Assembly (NCBI RefSeq): GCF_018350175.1 | Contig: NC_058369.1 | Coordinates: 24,554,001 to 24,618,000 of the forward strand | DNA: 64,000 nt | DNA from: Felis catus | Taxonomy: Eukaryota | Direction of reading: 5' to 3' | Part shown: piece by piece, positions 39,089-52,165 of the stretch | Layout of the letters: every line of letters begins with the position of its first letter | Position numbering within the stretch: position 1 is the first letter of the stretch | The notes under the pieces: model-generated | Database searches by the model: none | What the model saw: the letters and a program-made list of their open reading frames with translations, nothing else | What the model was told of the DNA's origin: nothing | Translations under genes and position numbers: made by a program

Positions 39089-40910
39089 CAAACATGACCC
39101 CTACCACCACCACACACAACACACACAGCAGGACCATGTGCAAGACATTAGAAATCCCAGCAGCCATAAAGGAGGGTCACTCTTCAGTGAGGTACCATAC
39201 TGTTCCTCTACCCTACCCACCAGTAGGTAGCTCAAGTCCAGTTGCAACCAACTACAAATATGCCCTTCCCCTTGCTTCCTTGGATAATCTGACATCCTCT
39301 CACTGTACCCAGACTCTGCTCAGAGATGAAGCTTCCTGACCATCCATATACCATGGCAAAGCCATGTGGTTGTGGGTTACCAATGTACTGAGAAGTCATT
39401 GATTCTCACACAACCACCCCAACCAGGCATTTCCAGACATGGGTAACATTAGCCTCTCACTCTAAAGTGACACAGAAATGTTACAATTTTCTGTGTATGT
39501 CACAGCCTGAGAAAGCTGGAAAAGCACTAACAAGTTTCCATGCCACACAGTCCTTGGATCTTTTGTACTATGTGCTAGTTTTTGCCCTGGGAAGGAATCT
39601 GTATGGGCATATGGGGCTTTGACAAAATGCCCAAAATGAGAGAAACATTAACAGGATGCTTTTGATGGCCAAGAGAGTCACTCCCCAAGGAAATGAGCTG
39701 AAGAGTTGTGTGACTAGGAGGTATTCTGTGCTTTCAAATTCTGAGAAATATAAAAGCTACAAACTGCAATGTGGCTCCAAACAGGTAGGACCCCTAATAT
39801 TCTCACATTCCCACTGATGGCAAAGCATCTAAATTATATTGATTAATATTAGCAATATTAAATAATATTAAGATTAATTATATCATAACAATATATTGAA
39901 CACTTAATAAACTTTCATGATATTCCATTCACTATTATCAAGTATTCACACGTTTCTTCTGAATCTCTCAACAGCTTGATGATGCAGGGTCTGTGAGTGA
40001 ACTCACTGTACAGATGGGGAAACTGAAGCTAATAAAATCAGAGCAAGGTCACAGAGCAAAAGAGAAACTAGAACCCAGCTATAATCAGTTAGACTTCATA
40101 TCCTGAGCTATCAACTCTAATTTAAAAGGCTTTATATAACCCATACTTGACTGACCACACATTAGCAACTTAGGAATGATAGTTTAATATGAAGAAAAAC
40201 AAAGGTATACAAGGGAGAGAAGATTCAACATTACTCAGCATCTAAAAATTAATATATAAAATCAAATTTATATCAAATCAGCTATTACTAATTATGTCAA
40301 TTCTGGTTAGATACTTGTGTTGCACTCTGACAAATACAGAATATAAATTCCTTTCAGTGTTTCAATTTTCTGTGGTTTTAAAATTGACTTTATGTCAGCA
40401 ATTGTCTCCCAAATTATTTGAGATGGTAGCAACTAAAGTAATTTCATATATTGTAATAGTCTGTTTTATGCACCAGGTCAGCACTTCATCCTCATTTTTC
40501 AGCCTAATATTAATGGAAATTTAACTAATATATTTTAATCATAAAGATCCCATAAACTTACATGGAAGCCAAGCTAATATCAACAACAAAAAAAATCTAT
40601 ATATCATACTAAACATGTGTGCTATTTCAGAAGAAGTAGATTCAATAACATGATATTTTTATAGAGAGTCCATTTCTATAAACTAAAAAGAGGAGGGAAT
40701 TTGAAACTCATTTAGTCTATTCAACCTCAGGATGTGTTACTTCCTAAATCTGAATATGGTGTATGACTAATCTGGGACATCACCACACCATAAAAGCATA
40801 CTTAAGACTCAACCAGGGATTAGTTGCAGAGCTTTTTGGCTTCCCCATCTTACCACCTCCACCCATCCCAACTTTATGCTAGAAATAGACAGCAGCATAT
40901 TGGTCTAAAC

Positions 40911-41892
40911 CCAGGTCAGTAAACTTTCCTGTAAAGGGCCAGATAGTAAATATTTTAGTCAATGCCAACAAATATTCTCTGTCACAGCTATTCAACTCTG
41001 CCAATGTAGCACAAAAGCAGCCCGAGAGAATGATGTGTGGGACCCAAGGAATTTAACAAAAATCCCCTACCCCTGGACAAGCAGAGCAAGACTAACTCCA
41101 TTTTGTGCTACACCCACCATCTCATGTATAACCCCCACATGACCTACTTATTGCTTAAGACACTCCCCCACCCTAGTCAAGCTGCTGAGCACACCCTTAC
41201 TGGAAACTGGGTCATATAGGAATGCAGAACCCCTAACTGCCAAAGAATGTAAACCCGGCCTTTTGCCCTCCAAACTTGTGTGCCGATTCTTAAACCCCGC
41301 CTTTTGCCCGCCAAACTTGTGCGCCAATTCTGACCAGAGTGATAGGCTAGTTCAAACAGTTACTATAGGGTAAATTGTAATTCAATTGGCCACCTGCGTG
41401 TGGACTGACATGACTATGCAACTTTCTGTGTGTGTTACAATCTCATTGGCCACTGGCCCCTATAAAACTGCTCCACCTCTTAACCTAGGGGTCCAAGTCC
41501 CTGCTCTGCTGTGTCGGGTACACTTGGGCCCAAGCTCGAGCTTGCAAATAAACCCTCGTGCGTTTGCATCGGTATCGGCTCCTTGGTGGTCTCTCAGATT
41601 CGAAATCAGGGGCATTACAGATGAAATAAATGAATGTAGCTATTATATAAACTTTATTTTTATTTTTAATGAATTTATTTTTAAATTTTATTTATTTGTT
41701 TTTAATTTATTTTATAAACTTTATTTCTGGATATGGGCATTAGTATTTCATGTAATTTTTGTGTGCTCTGAAATACTGTCCTTTGGATTTTTTTCAACTA
41801 TTTAAAAATAAAAATCCATTCTTGCTCATGAGCTTTATGAAAACAGGAAGTGGAAGTGACTTGGCCCTCGGGTCTAGTTTGCTGACTCCTGA
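40911..41892 (+). mobile_element. MER58B-like hAT-Charlie MITE (host of the solo LTR)
   Basis: ggtcagtaaactttcctgtaaagggccagatagtaaatatttta ... cattcttgctcatgagctttatgaaaacagg...ttggccctcgggtctagtttgctgactcctg. Confidence 0.8.
41036..41619 (+). mobile_element. Intact, relatively young solo LTR (ERV1-class) inserted in MER58
   Basis: TG...CA termini. 4-bp TSD GATG (41032-41035 and 41620-41623). 41-bp U3 tandem repeat (41250-41331), two inverted CCAAT boxes (41385, 41445), TATAAAA at 41461, AATAAA at 41547. CpGs retained. Confidence 0.88.
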
Positions 41893-43237
41893 TCTAAAGC
41901 AGAATTGTCCAGTTATGTTTTGCTTTGTTTTATAATCACATCCTCAATCAAGTTCACACCTTGTGTCTCCACCTCCGTGCAGAGATCATCTAGTATCTGT
42001 TTTCAAACAATAAATACTGCTAGTACTTATTAAGTGCTTACTGTATGCTCAGACATATATGAAGTGCTTTGAGCGTATCATTTCATTCATTCCTCTCCCT
42101 AATGTTAAACATGGGTTCTATCATTATTTTCATTTTACAGATGAGAAAACTGAGAGAGAAGTAACTTACCCAAGGTCATGAGACTAGAGCTAAGCAGGCT
42201 AACTCCACAGTCCTTGCTATTAGTACCCCACTTTTAGATGTCTTCCTAAAAGGGCTTCTATGGGGCAGAAGGCAGGAGAGAAAAGTAAGAGTCAACCAGG
42301 AAGCTTTTAACATGAAGAGTAACAAAGAGGAAACATCAACAGATCACAGGTCACAGCCACCAACACACTAAGAAAAGCTCCTATTTCTAAATTTCTTTCA
42401 AAAATGACTAGTTGTCATCTCTTTCATTTAACAGTGAACTCTGTCAGTTTCAATGTAGCAGTATTTATCAATGAGTGTGAGTATGAAGAACTAGGGTCTG
42501 CAAAAATCTGTCCAGAAAGGCCACCTTCATATTTTAGCTTTTTTCAAATGGATGACACCAGCCTTCCCTACATGTTCTTCCTTGGTACTTGCATCAAAGG
42601 AGGGACCCAGCATGCTTCCAAGGTTACCAGGTCACATCTGCCCACATACAAAGGGAGATTTACATTGTAATTGTTCACCAAAATCTTTCCCTCTGGGAAA
42701 GAAATCCCACACTTCTCTTCTTGGAATGACAAAGCCAGGACCCTGGAGGCTGGGCTAGGTGTGGGAGAGGGGCAGGAAAGGGAGAATGGAAGCAAGAGGA
42801 AGTGAACTCTAGGGCCAAAGGAGCTCCTAAAACATCAGGTCTGAGAGAGCAGAAAGAGACACAAGAATTAGGTCTAAAGTCAAGGGTGTTCATGTGGGGT
42901 CAGGCAAACAGGGTGGGTCCAGGAAACTGAGCACAAGAAAGAAGCTGACACTGGTGAAAAGAGAAGGAAAAGTTTTTATTGAACCTGTGGCTTCTTCCAC
43001 TCTTTTGTACTGAGCACCACTTTGTGCCACAAACCTAAGCCTTGGGGATGTAGCCGTGGACAACACAGACATGGTCTCCGCCCTCACTGGTTTACAGGCA
43101 ATTGATGGAAGGCAATCCACTAATGAAAATAAAGGTAGAGGAGCTGACCATGTGGAAATACTGAGTCCTATGTGAATACCAATTGGAAGAGAACCATTAA
43201 GGATGCTGCATCTTTAAATGCCTTAAAAAGGCAGTTT

Positions 43238-43472
43238 TTTTTAACATTTTATTTAATTTTTTGAGAGCCAGAGTGCAAGCAGGAGAGGAGCAGAGAGAGA
43301 GGCACAGGATCCAAAGCAGGCTCCAGGCTCTGAGCTGTCAGCACAGAGCCCAATGCAGGACTCGAACTCGTGAATGCAAGATCATGACCTGAGCCGAATG
43401 CTCAACCGACTATCTTATAATCGAATGTGCATCTTACACTTGCCCAACCGACTGAGCCACCCAGGCACACCC
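43238..43472 (-). mobile_element. CanSINE carrying a foreign templated insertion
   Basis: SINE sequence is interrupted at 43409-43444 by non-SINE DNA. Flanked by ggcagttt. Confidence 0.92.
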
Positions 43473-43479
43473 TGGCAGT

Positions 43480-44043
43480 TTCTTAAAATGGTTTCCAATG
43501 ATCCCCATCTCCTGATACACATGCCCTTCAGGGTGGGCCTGACCTACCAACTTGCTTCAATTGAACAGAATATTGCAAAAAAGATGGGATGTCACTTCTG
43601 AGATTAGGTTATTAAACACTGTGACTACTGCCTTGCTTACACCCTTTCTCCTTCTTGCTCTCTCTTGCACATTTACTCTGAGAAAAGCCAGCTTCCCATA
43701 TATGAGCTGCCCTATGGAATGGTCCAAATGGCAAGGAACTGAGGACAGCCACCAACAACAGCCCATGAGGAACTGGGGCTCTCAGTCCAACAGGCTACAA
43801 GGAACTAAATTCTGCAACAACCTCATAGACGAGATTGGAAGCAGATCCTCCCCCCATCTGTCCAGATGAGACTGTAGCTCCAGCTGCACACTGATTACAA
43901 CATAACAGAGACCCTGAGTCAGGGGATCCAAGTAAGCTGCTCCCAAATTCCTGACCTACAGAAACTATGAGATAATAAGCATCACTGCTGAAAGCACTAA
44001 GTTTTGGAGATATTTGTTACACAGCAACAAATAAACTAATACA
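43480..44043 (+). mobile_element. MaLR LTR (MLT1E/F-like)
   Basis: gatgggatgtcacttctgagattaggtta...cagatgagactgtagctccagc...aattcctgacctacagaaactatgagataataag...tttgttacacagcaacaaataaactaataca. Confidence 0.8.
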
Positions 44044-44114
44044 GATACCACAACTGGTTGCCCAGAAAATACCACTAAACTTTTCAAATTTCTCGTTTCC
44101 CACAAAAAAAAAAT

Positions 44115-44318
44115 TATTTTTTAAAATATTTATTTATTTTTGAGAGAGATAGAGCAAGTACAAACATGGGAGGGGCACAGACAGTGGGGGAGAGAGGATC
44201 TGAAACAGGCCCTGCACTGACAGCACACAGCCCAACATGGGGCTTGACCCCACAAACCACGAGATCATGACCTGAGCCAAAGTCAGATGCTTAATCGACT
44301 GAGCCACCAAAATGCCCC
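44115..44318 (-). mobile_element. CanSINE
   Basis: gagatcatgacctgagccaaagtcagatgcttaatcgactgagccacc. Confidence 0.92.
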
Positions 44319-45942
44319 AAAAGAAACTTTTCATAGGGTATTATTCACTGCCAAAGTCCAGAAGCTCTAATATGGTAACACTGACATTACAATTGGAAAT
44401 CATCCCTCCCAATAGGTTGGACTGAACTGGTTCCAACTATTCCACAGAGAATCTCACTTGTTCCCAGAGAAGAAATGTGAATGAAGAAAGTCCCTCTTTA
44501 GCCAATTGGCTGAGTGTAAGAATTGGGGTAGAGTAGAGAGATTCTAGTAGAACCAGAACGGCATAAAATTATAGTAAACAAAGAAGTCAAAATAAATAGG
44601 AGGAGACTGTTTCTAAAATATAATTTGGGAGGCAACAGGTAACTAGCTTCTCCTACATTTATTTTTCTCAAGTGTAAGATGCACATTCGATTATAAGATA
44701 GTATTTCAGCGCTCCCACGGCACCCTCTATCTCCCCGCATCAAATCCCTTAAGATTCTGAACTGCAACTGAACTGTTTACTGTCTATTTTCTCCCATTAG
44801 AGTGGAGGGCCAGTGTCAGTCTCAATCGCCACTGTATCCTCAGTGTCTAGTACAATGCCTGCCACATAGTAAGAATTTAATATATTTTTACCAAATAAGT
44901 AAAACATGATCTCATTTCTATAATAAGAAATATGCACAGAAGATGAGAAATACATCAAAACATAAGAAGTCATGACCACAAATGGAAGTCAGCTCCATTT
45001 TTTATTTTCTTTGATAAACTTGTCTGCATTTTCCAGAATGGTTTTAATGCAAAAAGAGCTACCAGAAACCACTGTAAAACAGACTTTTGGACCCCATGAC
45101 ATTCACTTTTACAATTTTATCGTCTTGACATTGCTGCCATAACTTTCCAAGTTTAAAGACTTATTTATAATAGATTGTCATCTTGCTTGTCAATTTTTCA
45201 ACCTGACAACTGAATTCTTAAATGCCATGTGGAAAAAACATAAGAGATCAACACCTGCAGAGCAATAAATATAATTAATCATTTCATACTTTAGGCCCCA
45301 AAACAGGTATCAAATGGGAGAAAATATTGTATTACAAATAACCACATGAGAATCTGTGGATTGTGCAGTACATTAATTCCACCAGTCTCTGAGATGTTTT
45401 GCAGCATCTAACCTACAAGATGATTACCCCCAAATGTAGTCAATTAGGTAGAAAGAGATTTAGTACATATGTATGTAAACTTCATATGTTTATCATGAAT
45501 CACTGGACTAAGTCACAAAAGTAGCAGAAAACAGGAACCTTCCCAGAGTTCCATACCTTCCATTTTGGAAACAAAAGGCAGCCATGTGAAACTACTCTCC
45601 AGATGCACTTTAGGTTTATACAGATAGAAAACACTTCTTCCATATAATTCCAAGTTCCAAAGAGAGCTCAAAATCATCCACATTTCTCCAGTTTACAACT
45701 TAACCAGATAAACAAGATGAATTGGGCTCAGAGGCAGGCACCCATTCCTGCCTCATCATGACTATACTGATGGTGTGCCAGTAAAAGTTATGTGACATCT
45801 CCACTGCAATAGGGGCATTCTGATTCTGGCAGATGCACCTCCATTCAAAAAGTCTTGCCCCTTAGGTTAGCTCTGCACGGTCTAATGGAAATATAAAGCA
45901 AACTACATATGTAATTTTATATTTTCTAGTAGCCACATTTTA

Positions 45943-46350
45943 TTATTTTTCTTCTTCAAATTTTTATTTAAATTCTAGTTAACATACAGTGTAATACTGG
46001 TTTCAGGTGTAGAATTTAGGGATTCATCACTTACATTCAACACCCAGTGCTCATCATAACAAGGGCCCTCCTTAATATCTATCACCCCTCTAGCCCATTC
46101 CCAACTCACCTCCCTCCATCAATCCTCAGTTTCTTCTCTATGGTTAAGAGTCTCTTATTGTTTGCTTCCCTCTTTTTTCCCCCTTACCATATGTTCATCT
46201 GTTTTGTTTCTTAAATTCCACATATGAAATCATATGGTATTTGTGTGTCTCTCCCTGACTTATTTGGCTTAGCATAACAGACTCTAGCTCTATCCATATT
46301 GTTGAAAAAGGCAAGATTTCATTCTTTTTGATGGCTGAGTAATGTTCCAT

Positions 46351-46395
<45 letters not shown>

Positions 46396-46589
46396 CTTCT
46401 TCATCCATTCATTAGTAGGTGGACATTTGGGCTCTTTCCATAGTTTGACTGTTATTGATAAAGCTACTATAAACCTTAGGGTGTATGAACTCCTTCGAAT
46501 CTGTTTTTGCATCCTTTGAGTAAATACTTAGTAGTACAATTGCTGGGTTGTAGGGTAGTTCTATTTTTAATGTTTTGAAGAACCTCCAT
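45943..46589 (-). mobile_element. Carnivore L1 3' end inserted in MER3, with TSD
   Basis: Minus ORFs resemble the L1 ORF2 C-terminus (FIVALSITVKLWKEPKCP; WRFFKTLKIELPYNPAI). TSD ct(a/g)gtagccacatttta at 45926-45942 and 46590-46606. Confidence 0.9.
46352..46393. repeat. (GT)21 dinucleotide microsatellite
   Basis: Direct count. Lies inside an L1 3' fragment. Confidence 0.95.
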
Positions 46590-46620
46590 CTGGTAGCCAC
46601 ATTTTAAAAATGTAAACACA

Positions 46621-46857
46621 GGGGCGCCTGGGTGGCTCAGTCGGTTAAGCGGCCGACTTTGGCTCAGGTCATGATCTCGCGGTCTGTGAGTTCGAGCCCC
46701 ACGTCAGGCTCTGTGCTGACAGCTCAGAGCCTGGAGCCTGATTACGGATTCTGTGTCTCCCTCTCTCTGACCCTCCCCTGTTCATGCTCTGTCTCTCCCT
46801 GTCTCAAAAATAAATAAAACGTTAAAAAATTTTTAAAATAAATAAAATAAAATAAAA
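46621..46857 (+). mobile_element. CanSINE with TSD taaaaatgtaaacaca
   Basis: Full-length copy with flanking direct repeat. Confidence 0.96.
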
Positions 46858-49262
46858 TAAAAATGTAAACACAAAGAGGCAAAATTAATGTTAATATTTT
46901 TTATTTAACCCAATATATAAAAAGTATCATTTCAACATGCAATCAACATTAAAAGTTGGCTTTACAATCCTTGTTTGTACTCAGTCTTTTAACCCCATGT
47001 GTATGTCACACTTAAAGCACATCTCAGTTTGGACGGCCCACATTCGAAATGCTCAATCACCACATGTGGCTCACGGCTACCATATTGGATAGTACGGGGT
47101 TAGTGCATTTCTCCTACCTTACTAATCAGTAGAGACTTTTTTGTGTTATCACTTACCATATGTCATCTATCATGAATTTAAACTAAAGCCCAACCACACA
47201 GAGATGCAAAAGCAAAATAACCTGGTGCAGCCTCTATTCACTCATGAAATAACATAAATAGTGAGCACTATCTTCATGCCAGGCATGAAGCGAAGCACTT
47301 TACATAGCTCATTTCATTTAATGCTCACAACAACCAAATAACGTGCAATGTAATACCCATTTTACAGATAAGAAAACTGGAACACAGAAAATTAATAATC
47401 TGCCTAAGGCATTCTTCTAGCAGGTGGTAGTGCTTGGATTTCAACCCAAACAGGCTGACTCTAATTCATCATACTTACTCAACAATAAAGAGTAAAGAAA
47501 AAACAGGAGATAAATGGCTAAGAAATCTTACTCTAATGTGAGTGTGCAGATCAGAAAAGATTCAGGGAAATATTTGAAAAGGCTGGGACAGAAATGGAGG
47601 CTTAAGGTACAAGGATAAATTCATCTACAAGGTATGGAAAGGAGAGAGCAAGAAACATGTTCAAGGGGAAAAACAAATTGGCAATGAACTGAAAATTTTT
47701 ATGTCAGCAACTGATAATGAGGAGGAGGAGGAGGAGGAGGAGAATGATCATTATGTTATAATTTTAATAAGAACTAACATTCTTGGAGCCTTTGCTCTGG
47801 ACCATGCACTGGGCTAAAGACTGAGTTTCTCAATCCCAGTACTACTGACATCTTCAATGTCTCATTGCTGAGAAGCTCTCCTTCTGCTACAACCACCTTA
47901 GCTTCCCCTTCCATCTTGTGCTCCTTGAGCTGTATTTCTACCCATGTTTTCATGGTTAATTACCCTTCTGGTTGGCATGGTATGAATGAACAAATAAACA
48001 TTTAAAACCCAAATACCTCCTTATGGAGAATGTATCCTCATGGTCTTAATACAAAAGCCTAACCAACAGCAATTAAAAGCCACAAAATCACCTTTAATAT
48101 AAAATGAGATGTGCCTATAAATGTAAACTTCACAAATGGATCTAAAGAGAAGTTGTAAATTTGTTCTTGAAATATTAAACACATGGGAAATAGAAGCTAA
48201 TTGTTTTGTCCTATTTTAGTATGTGAAAATTACTTATAATCTGCCTGTTAAACAATTCAAAATTATTTTAAATGATAACTGAATATCAAACTAGGCCAAT
48301 TTACACCTACAATCCCTCTGAAACCACCTAAAAACTGGGACAACAGCAGAAGAAAAGAAAAACATTTCTATGTGTGCCAATTTCTTTCTGTTTCTTAACC
48401 ATCAGTCCCCAAGGCTAAAAGAGGGAAAATCAGAAAAGTTTAACTACACACAACCAATTAATAAGATAGCACTTTCCAAGCTTTGCAAGTTTTGCATTAT
48501 TTGATTCGACTAGGCCAGGGAAAATCCTAAGACTCACACGTAAAACAAGGCATTATTCCAATGTTGCTCACAGGGAATTTCAGGTTTTTTAAGGAAAAAT
48601 ATGAGAAATTTTTTCTAACCACTTCATCATTAGTAATTCTAAAGAACTATATGTTTTTTAATGCCTTTACCCCATCTCAAAGAAGGAAAGAGCATTAGAA
48701 TTCATATTTATTTAGTTTTTCATCAAAAATTATTTAAAAAGTTGTCTATGCTATGGCGTCCAAATAGAATCAAGCTTTTTCCACCAGTTTCCCAAAAGAG
48801 CTCTTAGCAATTTGAAGTCCTCGTGATCTCAATAAGTCAATAGTCAATTTTCAGTTATCACATTACCTGATCTTTCTGAAGCATTTGAAACAATTGATTA
48901 TGCCTGGCCTTGTGAAATACTTTTTTTCACTTGACTTCAAGGATACCATACTCCTTATTTCATTCCACCTCAACTACTTGACCTGTTAATGTTGCAGTAT
49001 CTGAGGGCTTAGTTCTTGGCCATTCTTTCTTCTCTGTTTATACTATATAGTTTATATAACACTCATGCTCTTGGTGATCTCTTCCAAACTTCTGCTATCA
49101 GTTCCAAATTTATATCTTTAGCCTGACTGTCTCTCCCTTGAATTCCTAATGTATACAGCCTAATTATCTCCACTTAGATGCCTAACAGACATCCCAAGTT
49201 TCACATGGCCAAAACCAAATACCTTAGAACCATTCTCAATATAATATATATAAATGGAGGGG

Positions 49263-49740
49263 AGGACGTGGGAGATACACACCCATAGAATATCATTCAG
49301 CCCCCAAAAAGAATGAAATCTTGTCATTTGTGACAATACGAATGAGCCTAGAGAGTACTGGGCAATGAATAAGTCAGAGAAAGACAAATACCATATGATT
49401 TCACTTATATGTGGAATCTAAAAAGCAAACAAAAAAATGAACACACAATAGAAAACAGACTCATAAATATAGAGAACAAATTTGTGGTTGCCAGAGCAAA
49501 GAGGTTAGGGGAATAGGCGAAATAGGTGAAGGGGATTAAGAGGTACAAGCTTCCAACTATAAAATAAATAAGTCATGAGGATAAAAATTATATCATAAGG
49601 AATATAGTTAATAGTATTATAATAACTTTGTATGGTGACAGATGGTAACTACACTTATGATGAACATTTTGTAATGTATATAATTGTTAAATCATTATGT
49701 TGAAATTAATATATGACAACTACACTTCTATTAAAAATAA
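49263..49740 (+). mobile_element. L1 (L1MA/L1_Carn-like) 3' UTR fragment
   Basis: gaatgaaatcttgtcatttgtgacaatacgaatgagcctagagagt...ataagtcagagaaagacaaataccatatgatttcacttatatgtggaatctaaaa. Confidence 0.85.
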
Positions 49741-49746
49741 ATTTTA

Positions 49747-49987
49747 GGGGCACCTGGGTGGCGCAGTCGGTTAAGCGTCCGACTTCAGCCAGGTCACGAT
49801 CTCGCAGTCCGTGAGTTCGAGCCCCGTGTCGGGCTCTGGGCTTATGGCTCAGAGCCTGGAGCCTGTTTCCAATTCTGTGTCTCCCTCTCTCTCTGCCCCT
49901 CCCCCGTTCATGCTCTGTCTCTCTCTGTCCCAAAAATAAATAAACGTTGAAAAAAAAATTTTTTTTAATAAATAAAAAATAAAAAAT
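49747..49987 (+). mobile_element. Young CanSINE inserted in an L1 A-tail
   Basis: Young-subfamily diagnostics (gccaggtcacgatctcgc, tcccaaaaataaataaacgttg). TSD aaaaataaatttta. Confidence 0.96.
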
Positions 49988-51019
49988 AAAAATAAATTTT
50001 AAAAAGAGAGGGCAAAAAGAGAAAATGGAAAGGGTTGTTTATTATGAATAAATGAAAGACCCAACTACATCTTAAGAGTGAACATAACTCCAGAAAAATT
50101 AAGAAATCTTCTAGAAATTATTAGGAAAACAGTCAAACAAAGCTTGTATCTACACTGTGAAGCCCAGACTGCTTGGTAGAAGAATGACCATCAGTGGAAA
50201 ATCAAGAGAGACCCCAAATTCAATAACAGAAAAAAATAATGTTGTCAACGGCAGAATATTCTAGATGAAATTAAATATCAAGGATTAAGTCAGAATGAAA
50301 CACCTCAAGCATCCCAGATTCCTCTGACTGTTGTTCCTGGTACAATGCTTACAGAGAGCAGCTCTGATTATACTTTTTCTTAGTTTATTTTGATAGAACC
50401 AGATCATGGAATTACCCTCAGAAATTCCCAACCCTGGAGACCCTCCAAACCTTCTGGAGAGATTTTGGAAATACAGGCTCCATTCTAGACACTAAATCAG
50501 CATCTCTACAGTTGGGTGTTGCTACCTGTTTTTTATTATTTTTTAAATTTCCCCCAGGTGATTCTTATGACAAGTGCGTCTTGGAAACTGTTGGTCCAGA
50601 CCCCACGCCTCTACTGGTTTTCCATGCTAGAGAGATACCATTAGTAATTGGCTCTGGCAGTGAATAGGGCACCACTGTCACAGGGAGACAGCTACTGCTA
50701 TTAAACATGAATTCTAGACCACACAGAAACATGGAGAAGTGCATACAATATAATGCCAATTCTAAAGCCAACACCAAATACAAACACTTTGTGTAATTTA
50801 AGATTGTGGCCAGGTAAAATAATGGATACAACATAAGCTCTTTCATCCAACATGAATAGTATATGAAGGTGATTACAACAGACCCTGAAACCTTCTGTTG
50901 ACAGCAAGGAGTTGCCTAGAACCACCTGTGAGAAAGATTCAGGTGGTTTTCAAGTGTCCTCCTGTCACAGATATCCCTTAGATGAAAAGAAGATCTGGCA
51001 CTGACATTCTCCCTCACTA

Positions 51020-51530
51020 TACCGTCTCTATTTCAACTCAACAGCAACAGAAATCCAATTGCAGTGATCACAACCAAGAGGTCTTTGTTTTACTTTACAA
51101 AATAAGAAGTCTGGAGGTAGGTGGTTGCTGGCATCAGTTGTGCCATTGAATGATGCCATCCAAAACCCCTATTCTTTCAGTCTTTCTTCATTCTTATCTC
51201 CACACTTGTATCACCAAAGCAAAATGGCCACTTCAGCTCCAGCATCATGTCCATGTCAAACCAAAAGGAAGTGGAAAAGGGGAAGATATCAGCTTTCCCA
51301 AAAGCTCCCTCCAGTAATTTTCCTCTTATGTGTCAGTAGTCCATGGGTAACATGATCACTCCTAACTACAAGGGATGCTAGGAAATAAAGATTTTATCAG
51401 AGGAAGTAGGATTATCTTGACCAGTTTATATCAACTTCTGGGCTTGGATATTGGCGATCCAAACAAAATCAGTTTCTATTACCAAGAAAGATGAGTAACA
51501 GTTGTTGAGTAGAAATAGTCTCTTCCACAA
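51020..51530 (-). mobile_element. Old MaLR LTR (MLT1J/L-like)
   Basis: aataagaagtctggaggtagg...caaaatggccacttcagctccagcatcatgtcc...ctaactacaagggatgctaggaaat. Confidence 0.6.
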
Positions 51531-51959
51531 CTTTCTTGCCTTAGTTTAGAAATAAATATGACAACAACAAAAGAACTGACATGCTTTGCTTTAATTTAAT
51601 CCCATAATTTCTAAAGAACTATGACAGGCCAACCATTAGCCACTCACATCAGAGGCTAAACTGGGATCGGACAATGGCTCTGTCTGGAACTTAACCCAAC
51701 TGGGATTTACAGTCAAGCCAAGGAGATAAGGCTTGACTACAGTCAACCAGAATTGAGGCATGTTAAGATGCATAAATACGTACTATTAAAAAATATACCA
51801 GAAATGTGCTATAGTGAAATAGCATCAAAAGAAAAGTCAGTAAAATATACGAATTTAATACTTAATTAAAATTTTAAAGTGTGTCCAAATTTCAGCTAAA
51901 TTATAAATACAATATAGACATTAAGAAATGTCAAATCAACTTTAAAAATGCAAAATCTT

Positions 51960-52165
51960 GGGGCACCCAGGTGGCTCAGTCAGCTAAGCATCTGACTCTT
52001 AATTTCAGCTCAGGTCATGATCTCACAGTTTGTAAGATGGAGCCCTACATCGGGCACCATGCTGACAGCATGGATCCTGCTTGGGATTCTCTCTGACTCT
52101 CCCTCTGCCTCTTCCTGCATGCTCTCTCTCTTCTCTTTTAAAATAAGTAAATAAGTGAACTTTTA
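51960..52165 (+). mobile_element. Older CanSINE
   Basis: ggggcacccaggtggctcagtcagctaagcatctgactctt... Confidence 0.9.

Larger units (their letters stand above)
45870..47100. mobile_element. MER3-like hAT-Charlie MITE, split by L1 and SINE insertions
   Basis: gtaattttatattttctagtagccacattt ... acttaaagcacatctcagtttggacggcccacattcgaaatgctcaatcaccacatgtggctcacggctaccatattggatagtac. Confidence 0.75.

Noticed and set aside
50701..50925. Minus-strand ORF beginning after a ctttctcacag acceptor-like site
   Set aside because: Short pyrimidine tract, no good donor and an unrecognisable peptide.
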